Positions 51,689-62,544 of a stretch of 64,000 nucleotides of DNA are shown here, piece by piece. A program made the translations under genes and the position numbers. Numbering within the stretch: position 1 is the stretch's first letter; every line of letters starts with the position of its first letter. The DNA comes from Macrostomum lignano (lineage: Eukaryota). Location of the stretch: assembly GCA_002269645.1 (NCBI GenBank), contig NIVC01003057.1, positions 58,456-122,455 of the forward strand. The letters are read 5' to 3'. A model generated the notes under the pieces. It made no database searches. It saw only the letters and a list, made by a program, of their open reading frames with translations, and had not been told where the DNA came from.

Positions 51689-53156
51689 GCCGTGGATAGC
51701 CCGAGTCCACCAGGTCGCATCAACATCGGCCTCGGACTCTTCCGGCTTTCCTTTGCCGGTGTTTTTTATTGCCCTAACCAAACTGCGCCCAGAAGCAGCA
51801 GCAACGGCAACTGCGGTCTCTTCCATAGTGCAGGTGCAGGACGCCTATTCCACTGGACCGCCTGAACGACTCGATTCAGTGGCCAGCCTCACTGATTGGA
51901 TTCGGCAAGTTCAACTAACAGCTTATTCCTTGTCTCGATCTTCCGGTATGGAAATCAACAGCACTGATGCCTCTGGCGATGCCGACAGTCAATGCCGGGT
52001 GACTCAGTTCAGTTATTCTTGCGGTCGCACCGGTTTGCCAACTTTCACCTGTCACTTGTTGACGCATGTCGCTACATCGTCTCGTCGACGTACTGGCTAC
52101 GCTGTCTTTATTGAACCGTTAGGATCGTCTGCCTGTCGATTGTCGCCTAGCGATCGGCGAGATCTGCTAGAATCGCAGTCTAATTTGCGTCGATTATTAT
52201 TTGTTAAATTGCATCCCTGGCTGCACTACCAGTCGGACACAGCGTTGCAAGCTTCGCTGTCTCGCCTAGTGATGGCATTTGCGCCTAAGCCTGGCATGCC
52301 AGAGTCTCAGGTGCCTTTCTTAAGCACTGGCCGGCTAGCTTATCCCTATCAGTCAGTTGCTACTCGAATTGGGTATATTGTTGAACAATCCGAGGATGAT
52401 AGTCAAACTAAAGAGCTCCGATTGCTACGCCCGGAAAGCGACCTGTCGCCGCTGCTTTGCTGCGCCAATGCCGCTCTGGTCAAGTCAGTGTCATCGACCG
52501 TCTGTTCCGACATTGTTGCTGAAGCTGGCAACAGTCCGTTGGGTCGCCTGCTAGATCAGCTTATTGGTATTAGTAGCGACACCAACCCGTGTGCTTTGAT
52601 CAATTGGCCTTGCAATCTTGACTGGCTGTTGACGTACAAGCATCGTCAACCTGAGAGGCCGCCTCCGAAGCTGTACGTGTCTGCATCGTCTCCGGCTGTT
52701 AGCCTTCTTGCCGAGTATTTTAACCTCACCTGGACTGCTACTAAGCAGCCGTTTGCATTGGATTCTCGGCACCGTCTAGTGGCTCTGTTTCCTCCTGCTG
52801 ACTCTCTGGCATCATATGCTGCAGCTGTGACACCCGAATCTATTGCTAGCCTAGCCAGTGCTATAGAATCGGACGGCTGCTTGCTGCTGGCTACTAGACT
52901 ATTCGATTCTAAGCAACAAGTTTCGAATATTAATGCCAGAGCTGTAGATTCCCTGCGTCAGTGTAGTCAATTTGTTGACGTCATTTGCGCTACCTTTTCT
53001 GATGAGGATATCGACGCTAAACAGGTAGAAATTGACGAGTCCGCTGAGCATCGCTGTCGTTGGTGGATTGCCTGCGCTCTGATGTCGATTGGATCGAAGT
53101 CTTTGATTGAAGACTTTCTTGCTGGTTTGCCTGGCTGTCAACTGATTGAAGCTTGA
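51689..53156 (+). CDS. METTL13: METTL13 exon 3 (linker and degenerate C-terminal methyltransferase domain)
   Basis: Acceptor TTTTGCAG|, and the phase-2 join gives RPWIARVHQV...PLPVFFIALTKLRP, ...YAVFIEP...LLESQSNLRRLLFVKLH. Total 2004 nt, or 668 codons. AATAAA at 53237-53242. Confidence 0.88.
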
Positions 53157-53383
53157 GCTGACTATGATGAGTTACGGCAAAAAGTAGATTTTGTGTTTTT
53201 AGAGAACATTTAAGGTCATTTTGAAGTCAGTTGTAAAATAAAATCATGAAAATTTGATACTCTATGTCAGAAGCATTTGTCATTATTGACCAACAGTTCT
53301 GCCAATTCTTTTAACAACACGTCGCTTTTTGTGTCTTTTTTTCAATTTTTAGCTTCTAGGTTAAAAGTTTGTGTTATTAGGTT

Positions 53384-53467
53384 AGGCAAAAATGATGATA
53401 TTACTGGTCCGTGTTTCTGAGCCACCCGTATTGCGGTGCTGCTGATAACTACCAGATCTGAATGCCT
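53384..53467 (+). ncRNA. SNORD18: Box C/D snoRNA U18/SNORD18-like, paralogue 1
   Basis: Box C ATGATGA at 53392-53398, guide TGGTCCGTGTTT, box D' CTGA at 53417-53420, C'-like TGCTGA, box D CTGA at 53458-53461. Terminal stem AGGCA/TGCCT. Confidence 0.9.
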
Positions 53468-53510
53468 TTGAGGATGCGTCTATTTATATTAGACATTATT
53501 AGATCCATAT

Positions 53511-53597
53511 ACAGCAATGATGAGATTTCTGGTCCGTGTTTCTGATTACCAATTTTAAACGGTAATGCTGTTACTTTTTACCAGAACTGAATGCTGT
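53511..53597 (+). ncRNA. SNORD18: Box C/D snoRNA U18/SNORD18-like, paralogue 2
   Basis: Box C at 53517-53523, same guide, D' at 53542-53545, D at 53587-53590. Terminal stem ACAGCA/TGCTGT. Confidence 0.9.
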
Positions 53598-53630
53598 TTA
53601 AATTAGTCTCAAAACCTGAAATAATTAACA

Positions 53631-56600
53631 ATGATGAGATTTCTGGTCCGTGTTTCTGATTACCCATTCAAGCGGTAATGCTGTTACTTTTTACCAGAAC
53701 TGAATGCCAATTTATCCAAGTTTATAATAGTAGAAGTTTAAATTAAAGGTAGGTAAATCAGGAGTTAGATGTTGATAACAATCAATGATGAGATTTCTGG
53801 TCCGTGTTTCTGATTACCCATTCAAGCGGTAATGCTGTTACTTTTTACCAGAACTGAATGCCAATTTATCCAAGTTTATAATAGTAGAAGTTTAAATTAA
53901 AGGTAGGTAAATCAGGAGTTAGATGTTGATAACAATCAATGATGAGATTTCTGGTCCGTGTTTCTGATTACCCATTCAAGCGGTAATGCTGTTACTTTTT
54001 ACCAGAACTGAATGCCAATTTATCCAAGTTTATAATAGTAGAAGTTTAAATTAAAGGTAGGTAAATCAGGAGTTAGATGTTGATAACAATCAATGATGAG
54101 ATTTCTGGTCCGTGTTTCTGATTACCCATTCAAGCGGTAATGCTGTTACTTTTTACCAGAACTGAATGCCAATTTATCCAAGTTTATAATAGTAGAAGTT
54201 TAAATTAAAGGTAGGTAAATCAGGAGTTAGATGTTGATAACAATCAATGATGAGATTTCTGGTCCGTGTTTCTGATTACCCATTCAAGCGGTAATGCTGT
54301 TACTTTTTACCAGAACTGAATGCCAATTTATCCAAGTTTATAATAGTAGAAGTTTAAATTAAAGGTAGGTAAATCAGGAGTTAGATGTTGATAACAATCA
54401 ATGATGAGATTTCTGGTCCGTGTTTCTGATTACCCATTCAAGCGGTAATGCTGTTACTTTTTACCAGAACTGAATGCCAATTTATCCAAGTTTATAATAG
54501 TAGAAGTTTAAATTAAAGGTAGGTAAATCAGGAGTTAGATGTTGATAACAATCAATGATGAGATTTCTGGTCCGTGTTTCTGATTACCCATTCAAGCGGT
54601 AATGCTGTTACTTTTTACCAGAACTGAATGCCAATTTATCCAAGTTTATAATAGTAGAAGTTTAAATTAAAGGTAGGTAAATCAGGAGTTAGATGTTGAT
54701 AACAATCAATGATGAGATTTCTGGTCCGTGTTTCTGATTACCCATTCAAGCGGTAATGCTGTTACTTTTTACCAGAACTGAATGCCAATTTATCCAAGTT
54801 TATAATAGTAGAAGTTTAAATTAAAGGTAGGTAAATCAGGAGTTAGATGTTGATAACAATCAATGATGAGATTTCTGGTCCGTGTTTCTGATTACCCATT
54901 CAAGCGGTAATGCTGTTACTTTTTACCAGAACTGAATGCCAATTTATCCAAGTTTATAATAGTAGAAGTTTAAATTAAAGGTAGGTAAATCAGGAGTTAG
55001 ATGTTGATAACAATCAATGATGAGATTTCTGGTCCGTGTTTCTGATTACCCATTCAAGCGGTAATGCTGTTACTTTTTACCAGAACTGAATGCCAATTTA
55101 TCCAAGTTTATAATAGTAGAAGTTTAAATTAAAGGTAGGTAAATCAGGAGTTAGATGTTGATAACAATCAATGATGAGATTTCTGGTCCGTGTTTCTGAT
55201 TACCCATTCAAGCGGTAATGCTGTTACTTTTTACCAGAACTGAATGCCAATTTATCCAAGTTTATAATAGTAGAAGTTTAAATTAAAGGTAGGTAAATCA
55301 GGAGTTAGATGTTGATAACAATCAATGATGAGATTTCTGGTCCGTGTTTCTGATTACCCATTCAAGCGGTAATGCTGTTACTTTTTACCAGAACTGAATG
55401 CCAATTTATCCAAGTTTATAATAGTAGAAGTTTAAATTAAAGGTAGGTAAATCAGGAGTTAGATGTTGATAACAATCAATGATGAGATTTCTGGTCCGTG
55501 TTTCTGATTACCCATTCAAGCGGTAATGCTGTTACTTTTTACCAGAACTGAATGCCAATTTATCCAAGTTTATAATAGTAGAAGTTTAAATTAAAGGTAG
55601 GTAAATCAGGAGTTAGATGTTGATAACAATCAATGATGAGATTTCTGGTCCGTGTTTCTGATTACCCATTCAAGCGGTAATGCTGTTACTTTTTACCAGA
55701 ACTGAATGCCAATTTATCCAAGTTTATAATAGTAGAAGTTTAAATTAAAGGTAGGTAAATCAGGAGTTAGATGTTGATAACAATCAATGATGAGATTTCT
55801 GGTCCGTGTTTCTGATTACCCATTCAAGCGGTAATGCTGTTACTTTTTACCAGAACTGAATGCCAATTTATCCAAGTTTATAATAGTAGAAGTTTAAATT
55901 AAAGGTAGGTAAATCAGGAGTTAGATGTTGATAACAATCAATGATGAGATTTCTGGTCCGTGTTTCTGATTACCCATTCAAGCGGTAATGCTGTTACTTT
56001 TTACCAGAACTGAATGCCAATTTATCCAAGTTTATAATAGTAGAAGTTTAAATTAAAGGTAGGTAAATCAGGAGTTAGATGTTGATAACAATCAATGATG
56101 AGATTTCTGGTCCGTGTTTCTGATTACCCATTCAAGCGGTAATGCTGTTACTTTTTACCAGAACTGAATGCCAATTTATCCAAGTTTATAATAGTAGAAG
56201 TTTAAATTAAAGGTAGGTAAATCAGGAGTTAGATGTTGATAACAATCAATGATGAGATTTCTGGTCCGTGTTTCTGATTACCCATTCAAGCGGTAATGCT
56301 GTTACTTTTTACCAGAACTGAATGCCAATTTATCCAAGTTTATAATAGTAGAAGTTTAAATTAAAGGTAGGTAAATCAGGAGTTAGATGTTGATAACAAT
56401 CAATGATGAGATTTCTGGTCCGTGTTTCTGATTACCCATTCAAGCGGTAATGCTGTTACTTTTTACCAGAACTGAATGCCAATTTATCCAAGTTTATAAT
56501 AGTAGAAGTTTAAATTAAAGGTAGGTAAATCAGGAGTTAGATGTTGATAACAATCAATGATGAGATTTCTGGTCCGTGTTTCTGATTACCCATTCAAGCG

Positions 56601-59600
56601 GTAATGCTGTTACTTTTTACCAGAACTGAATGCCAATTTATCCAAGTTTATAATAGTAGAAGTTTAAATTAAAGGTAGGTAAATCAGGAGTTAGATGTTG
56701 ATAACAATCAATGATGAGATTTCTGGTCCGTGTTTCTGATTACCCATTCAAGCGGTAATGCTGTTACTTTTTACCAGAACTGAATGCCAATTTATCCAAG
56801 TTTATAATAGTAGAAGTTTAAATTAAAGGTAGGTAAATCAGGAGTTAGATGTTGATAACAATCAATGATGAGATTTCTGGTCCGTGTTTCTGATTACCCA
56901 TTCAAGCGGTAATGCTGTTACTTTTTACCAGAACTGAATGCCAATTTATCCAAGTTTATAATAGTAGAAGTTTAAATTAAAGGTAGGTAAATCAGGAGTT
57001 AGATGTTGATAACAATCAATGATGAGATTTCTGGTCCGTGTTTCTGATTACCCATTCAAGCGGTAATGCTGTTACTTTTTACCAGAACTGAATGCCAATT
57101 TATCCAAGTTTATAATAGTAGAAGTTTAAATTAAAGGTAGGTAAATCAGGAGTTAGATGTTGATAACAATCAATGATGAGATTTCTGGTCCGTGTTTCTG
57201 ATTACCCATTCAAGCGGTAATGCTGTTACTTTTTACCAGAACTGAATGCCAATTTATCCAAGTTTATAATAGTAGAAGTTTAAATTAAAGGTAGGTAAAT
57301 CAGGAGTTAGATGTTGATAACAATCAATGATGAGATTTCTGGTCCGTGTTTCTGATTACCCATTCAAGCGGTAATGCTGTTACTTTTTACCAGAACTGAA
57401 TGCCAATTTATCCAAGTTTATAATAGTAGAAGTTTAAATTAAAGGTAGGTAAATCAGGAGTTAGATGTTGATAACAATCAATGATGAGATTTCTGGTCCG
57501 TGTTTCTGATTACCCATTCAAGCGGTAATGCTGTTACTTTTTACCAGAACTGAATGCCAATTTATCCAAGTTTATAATAGTAGAAGTTTAAATTAAAGGT
57601 AGGTAAATCAGGAGTTAGATGTTGATAACAATCAATGATGAGATTTCTGGTCCGTGTTTCTGATTACCCATTCAAGCGGTAATGCTGTTACTTTTTACCA
57701 GAACTGAATGCCAATTTATCCAAGTTTATAATAGTAGAAGTTTAAATTAAAGGTAGGTAAATCAGGAGTTAGATGTTGATAACAATCAATGATGAGATTT
57801 CTGGTCCGTGTTTCTGATTACCCATTCAAGCGGTAATGCTGTTACTTTTTACCAGAACTGAATGCCAATTTATCCAAGTTTATAATAGTAGAAGTTTAAA
57901 TTAAAGGTAGGTAAATCAGGAGTTAGATGTTGATAACAATCAATGATGAGATTTCTGGTCCGTGTTTCTGATTACCCATTCAAGCGGTAATGCTGTTACT
58001 TTTTACCAGAACTGAATGCCAATTTATCCAAGTTTATAATAGTAGAAGTTTAAATTAAAGGTAGGTAAATCAGGAGTTAGATGTTGATAACAATCAATGA
58101 TGAGATTTCTGGTCCGTGTTTCTGATTACCCATTCAAGCGGTAATGCTGTTACTTTTTACCAGAACTGAATGCCAATTTATCCAAGTTTATAATAGTAGA
58201 AGTTTAAATTAAAGGTAGGTAAATCAGGAGTTAGATGTTGATAACAATCAATGATGAGATTTCTGGTCCGTGTTTCTGATTACCCATTCAAGCGGTAATG
58301 CTGTTACTTTTTACCAGAACTGAATGCCAATTTATCCAAGTTTATAATAGTAGAAGTTTAAATTAAAGGTAGGTAAATCAGGAGTTAGATGTTGATAACA
58401 ATCAATGATGAGATTTCTGGTCCGTGTTTCTGATTACCCATTCAAGCGGTAATGCTGTTACTTTTTACCAGAACTGAATGCCAATTTATCCAAGTTTATA
58501 ATAGTAGAAGTTTAAATTAAAGGTAGGTAAATCAGGAGTTAGATGTTGATAACAATCAATGATGAGATTTCTGGTCCGTGTTTCTGATTACCCATTCAAG
58601 CGGTAATGCTGTTACTTTTTACCAGAACTGAATGCCAATTTATCCAAGTTTATAATAGTAGAAGTTTAAATTAAAGGTAGGTAAATCAGGAGTTAGATGT
58701 TGATAACAATCAATGATGAGATTTCTGGTCCGTGTTTCTGATTACCCATTCAAGCGGTAATGCTGTTACTTTTTACCAGAACTGAATGCCAATTTATCCA
58801 AGTTTATAATAGTAGAAGTTTAAATTAAAGGTAGGTAAATCAGGAGTTAGATGTTGATAACAATCAATGATGAGATTTCTGGTCCGTGTTTCTGATTACC
58901 CATTCAAGCGGTAATGCTGTTACTTTTTACCAGAACTGAATGCCAATTTATCCAAGTTTATAATAGTAGAAGTTTAAATTAAAGGTAGGTAAATCAGGAG
59001 TTAGATGTTGATAACAATCAATGATGAGATTTCTGGTCCGTGTTTCTGATTACCCATTCAAGCGGTAATGCTGTTACTTTTTACCAGAACTGAATGCCAA
59101 TTTATCCAAGTTTATAATAGTAGAAGTTTAAATTAAAGGTAGGTAAATCAGGAGTTAGATGTTGATAACAATCAATGATGAGATTTCTGGTCCGTGTTTC
59201 TGATTACCCATTCAAGCGGTAATGCTGTTACTTTTTACCAGAACTGAATGCCAATTTATCCAAGTTTATAATAGTAGAAGTTTAAATTAAAGGTAGGTAA
59301 ATCAGGAGTTAGATGTTGATAACAATCAATGATGAGATTTCTGGTCCGTGTTTCTGATTACCCATTCAAGCGGTAATGCTGTTACTTTTTACCAGAACTG
59401 AATGCCAATTTATCCAAGTTTATAATAGTAGAAGTTTAAATTAAAGGTAGGTAAATCAGGAGTTAGATGTTGATAACAATCAATGATGAGATTTCTGGTC
59501 CGTGTTTCTGATTACCCATTCAAGCGGTAATGCTGTTACTTTTTACCAGAACTGAATGCCAATTTATCCAAGTTTATAATAGTAGAAGTTTAAATTAAAG

Positions 59601-61249
59601 GTAGGTAAATCAGGAGTTAGATGTTGATAACAATCAATGATGAGATTTCTGGTCCGTGTTTCTGATTACCCATTCAAGCGGTAATGCTGTTACTTTTTAC
59701 CAGAACTGAATGCCAATTTATCCAAGTTTATAATAGTAGAAGTTTAAATTAAAGGTAGGTAAATCAGGAGTTAGATGTTGATAACAATCAATGATGAGAT
59801 TTCTGGTCCGTGTTTCTGATTACCCATTCAAGCGGTAATGCTGTTACTTTTTACCAGAACTGAATGCCAATTTATCCAAGTTTATAATAGTAGAAGTTTA
59901 AATTAAAGGTAGGTAAATCAGGAGTTAGATGTTGATAACAATCAATGATGAGATTTCTGGTCCGTGTTTCTGATTACCCATTCAAGCGGTAATGCTGTTA
60001 CTTTTTACCAGAACTGAATGCCAATTTATCCAAGTTTATAATAGTAGAAGTTTAAATTAAAGGTAGGTAAATCAGGAGTTAGATGTTGATAACAATCAAT
60101 GATGAGATTTCTGGTCCGTGTTTCTGATTACCCATTCAAGCGGTAATGCTGTTACTTTTTACCAGAACTGAATGCCAATTTATCCAAGTTTATAATAGTA
60201 GAAGTTTAAATTAAAGGTAGGTAAATCAGGAGTTAGATGTTGATAACAATCAATGATGAGATTTCTGGTCCGTGTTTCTGATTACCCATTCAAGCGGTAA
60301 TGCTGTTACTTTTTACCAGAACTGAATGCCAATTTATCCAAGTTTATAATAGTAGAAGTTTAAATTAAAGGTAGGTAAATCAGGAGTTAGATGTTGATAA
60401 CAATCAATGATGAGATTTCTGGTCCGTGTTTCTGATTACCCATTCAAGCGGTAATGCTGTTACTTTTTACCAGAACTGAATGCCAATTTATCCAAGTTTA
60501 TAATAGTAGAAGTTTAAATTAAAGGTAGGTAAATCAGGAGTTAGATGTTGATAACAATCAATGATGAGATTTCTGGTCCGTGTTTCTGATTACCCATTCA
60601 AGCGGTAATGCTGTTACTTTTTACCAGAACTGAATGCCAATTTATCCAAGTTTATAATAGTAGAAGTTTAAATTAAAGGTAGGTAAATCAGGAGTTAGAT
60701 GTTGATAACAATCAATGATGAGATTTCTGGTCCGTGTTTCTGATTACCCATTCAAGCGGTAATGCTGTTACTTTTTACCAGAACTGAATGCCAATTTATC
60801 CAAGTTTATAATAGTAGAAGTTTAAATTAAAGGTAGGTAAATCAGGAGTTAGATGTTGATAACAATCAATGATGAGATTTCTGGTCCGTGTTTCTGATTA
60901 CCCATTCAAGCGGTAATGCTGTTACTTTTTACCAGAACTGAATGCCAATTTATCCAAGTTTATAATAGTAGAAGTTTAAATTAAAGGTAGGTAAATCAGG
61001 AGTTAGATGTTGATAACAATCAATGATGAGATTTCTGGTCCGTGTTTCTGATTACCCATTCAAGCGGTAATGCTGTTACTTTTTACCAGAACTGAATGCC
61101 AATTTATCCAAGTTTATAATAGTAGAAGTTTAAATTAAAGGTAGGTAAATCAGGAGTTAGATGTTGATAACAATCAATGATGAGATTTCTGGTCCGTGTT
61201 TCTGATTACCCATTCAAGCGGTAATGCTGTTACTTTTTACCAGAACTGA
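53631..61249 (+). ncRNA. SNORD18: Tandem array of 50 apparently identical U18/SNORD18-like box C/D snoRNA genes (154-bp unit)
   Basis: Each unit reads ATGATGA-gatttc-TGGTCCGTGTTT-CTGA-ttacc(cattcaagc)ggtaa-tgctgt...accagaa-CTGA plus an 81-nt spacer. The first C box is at 53631 and the last at 61177, and 7546 = 49 x 154 exactly. The guide is the reverse complement of LSU rRNA GAAACACGGACCA. Confidence 0.9.
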
Positions 61250-61250
61250 A
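53631..61250. repeat. 154-bp tandem repeat, 49.5 units (DNA-level description of the snoRNA array)
   Basis: The period was measured at 53631, 53785 and 53939. Lines 53641 and 58261, which are 4620 bp or 30 units apart, are identical. Confidence 0.98.
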
Positions 61251-61342
61251 ATTACTTAGTCTATGAAAGTTGAGTTTATTGATTAATTAAGGCAGGTGTT
61301 TTTATACTGTTAATATCGTTAATGCATGCTTAAGCTGACAAC

Positions 61343-61579
61343 ATGACCAACACCAAGGGTATTCGCCGCGGCACGCGGTACATGTTTGCCAGGGATTTCC
61401 GACGCCGCGGTGCCCTCCCCCTGTCCACCTACATGCGGGTGTTTAAACGCGGTGATATTGTCGATATTAAAGGCAACGGCAGCATACAGAAAGGTATGCC
61501 GTATAAAACCTATCACGGCAAAACTGGCCGCGTGTACAATGTCACACCACACGCTGTCGGTGTGATTGTTAATAAGCAG
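61343..61579 (+). CDS. RPL21: 60S ribosomal protein L21 (eL21), coding exon 1
   Basis: Reads [23 protein letters not shown]...[26 protein letters not shown]. Donor CAG|GTAAGT at 61580. Confidence 0.97.
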
Positions 61580-61671
61580 GTAAGTTCGCGTAAAATTTAT
61601 ACAGAATCCTGAATTTTAAAACTCCTGACCACTTGTAGTCACCCTGCAATGACTGTCAGTCCTGTCACTTA

Positions 61672-62015
61672 CCTGTCATTTGTGTGACTCACCTGTCATT
61701 TGAGTGACACCTGTTATCTTTGTGACTCACCTGTTATTTGAGTGACTCATCTGTAATTTGAGTGACTCACCTGTTATTTGAGTGACTCATCTGTCATTTG
61801 AGTGACTCACCTGTCATTTGAGTGACTCGCCTGTCATTTGAGTGACACCTGTCATCTGAGTGACTCATCTGTCATCTTAGTGACTCACCTGTAATTTGAG
61901 TGACACCTGTCATCTGAGTGACTCATCTGTCATCTGAGTGACTCACCTGTCATCTGAGTGACTCACCTGTTATTTAAGTGACTCACCTGTTTTTTGAGTT
62001 ACACCTGTCATCTGA
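61672..62015. repeat. 20-bp minisatellite GAGTGACTCACCTGTCATTT in the RPL21 intron
   Basis: About 17 degenerate copies, many containing TGACTCA. Confidence 0.92.
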
Positions 62016-62057
62016 ATGACACATAACGATCGCCTCACCACCCCACAAATTCACCAG

Positions 62058-62302
62058 GTGCGCAACCGCGTGATCCCCAAACGGATCAACGTCCGCATCG
62101 AGCACGTGAATCCAGCAAGTGCCGACTGGACTTTCTTCGCCGCGTCAAAGAGAACGACATCAAGCGACGCGAGGCCAAAGCCGCTGGCAAGAAAATCTCC
62201 CTGAAGCGTCGGCCGCAGGGTCCGAGGCGCGCCACCATTGTGAAGACTAAGAAGAACAAGCCCCAGCTGCTGGAGCCGCTGCCCTACGAGCTGATCGCTT
62301 AG
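62058..62302 (+). CDS. RPL21: RPL21 coding exon 2; one missing C at 62112-62113
   Basis: Acceptor CACCAG|. Reads VRNRVIPKRINVRIEHVN(P)SKCRLDFLRRVKEND...LKRRPQGPR...LLEPLPYELIA*. Restoring one base gives 160 aa, the normal eL21 length. AATAAA at 62390-62395. Confidence 0.93.
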
Positions 62303-62544
62303 GCATTAAAAGGGCCTGCGTAATTCTATACAATATTACATCTGGACTCGAGTAATGGGCAAATGAATTTTCAATTCCGAGAATTATGAAATAAAAAACA
62401 CCGGCCTGTGGTTGTGTTGTTGTTGTTGGACAACTAAAGCTCTATTGGATGAAAGATTTGCGTTGGTGTTGTGTTGCTTCTTTTTGATGATAATATAATT
62501 AGCTTTTTCTAATTTTCGGCTTGTTAGGCTTGCAATGTACAGCC

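Noticed and set aside
53685-53699. Second (D-box) guide of the U18-like RNAs targeting rRNA
   Set aside because: The segment differs between paralogues except for TACCAGA, which can pair internally. No complement of 10 nt or more to conserved rRNA was recognised.
53631-61250. CRISPR array, 5S rDNA or spliced-leader RNA array as the identity of the 154-bp repeat
   Set aside because: There are no variable spacers and no cas genes, and the context is eukaryotic. No 5S internal promoter sequence or Sm-site/SL layout was recognised. The C/D boxes plus the rRNA-antisense guide explain the unit.
62112-62113. Programmed ribosomal frameshifting in RPL21
   Set aside because: There is no slippery heptamer or downstream structure. 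A homopolymer deletion error is far more parsimonious.
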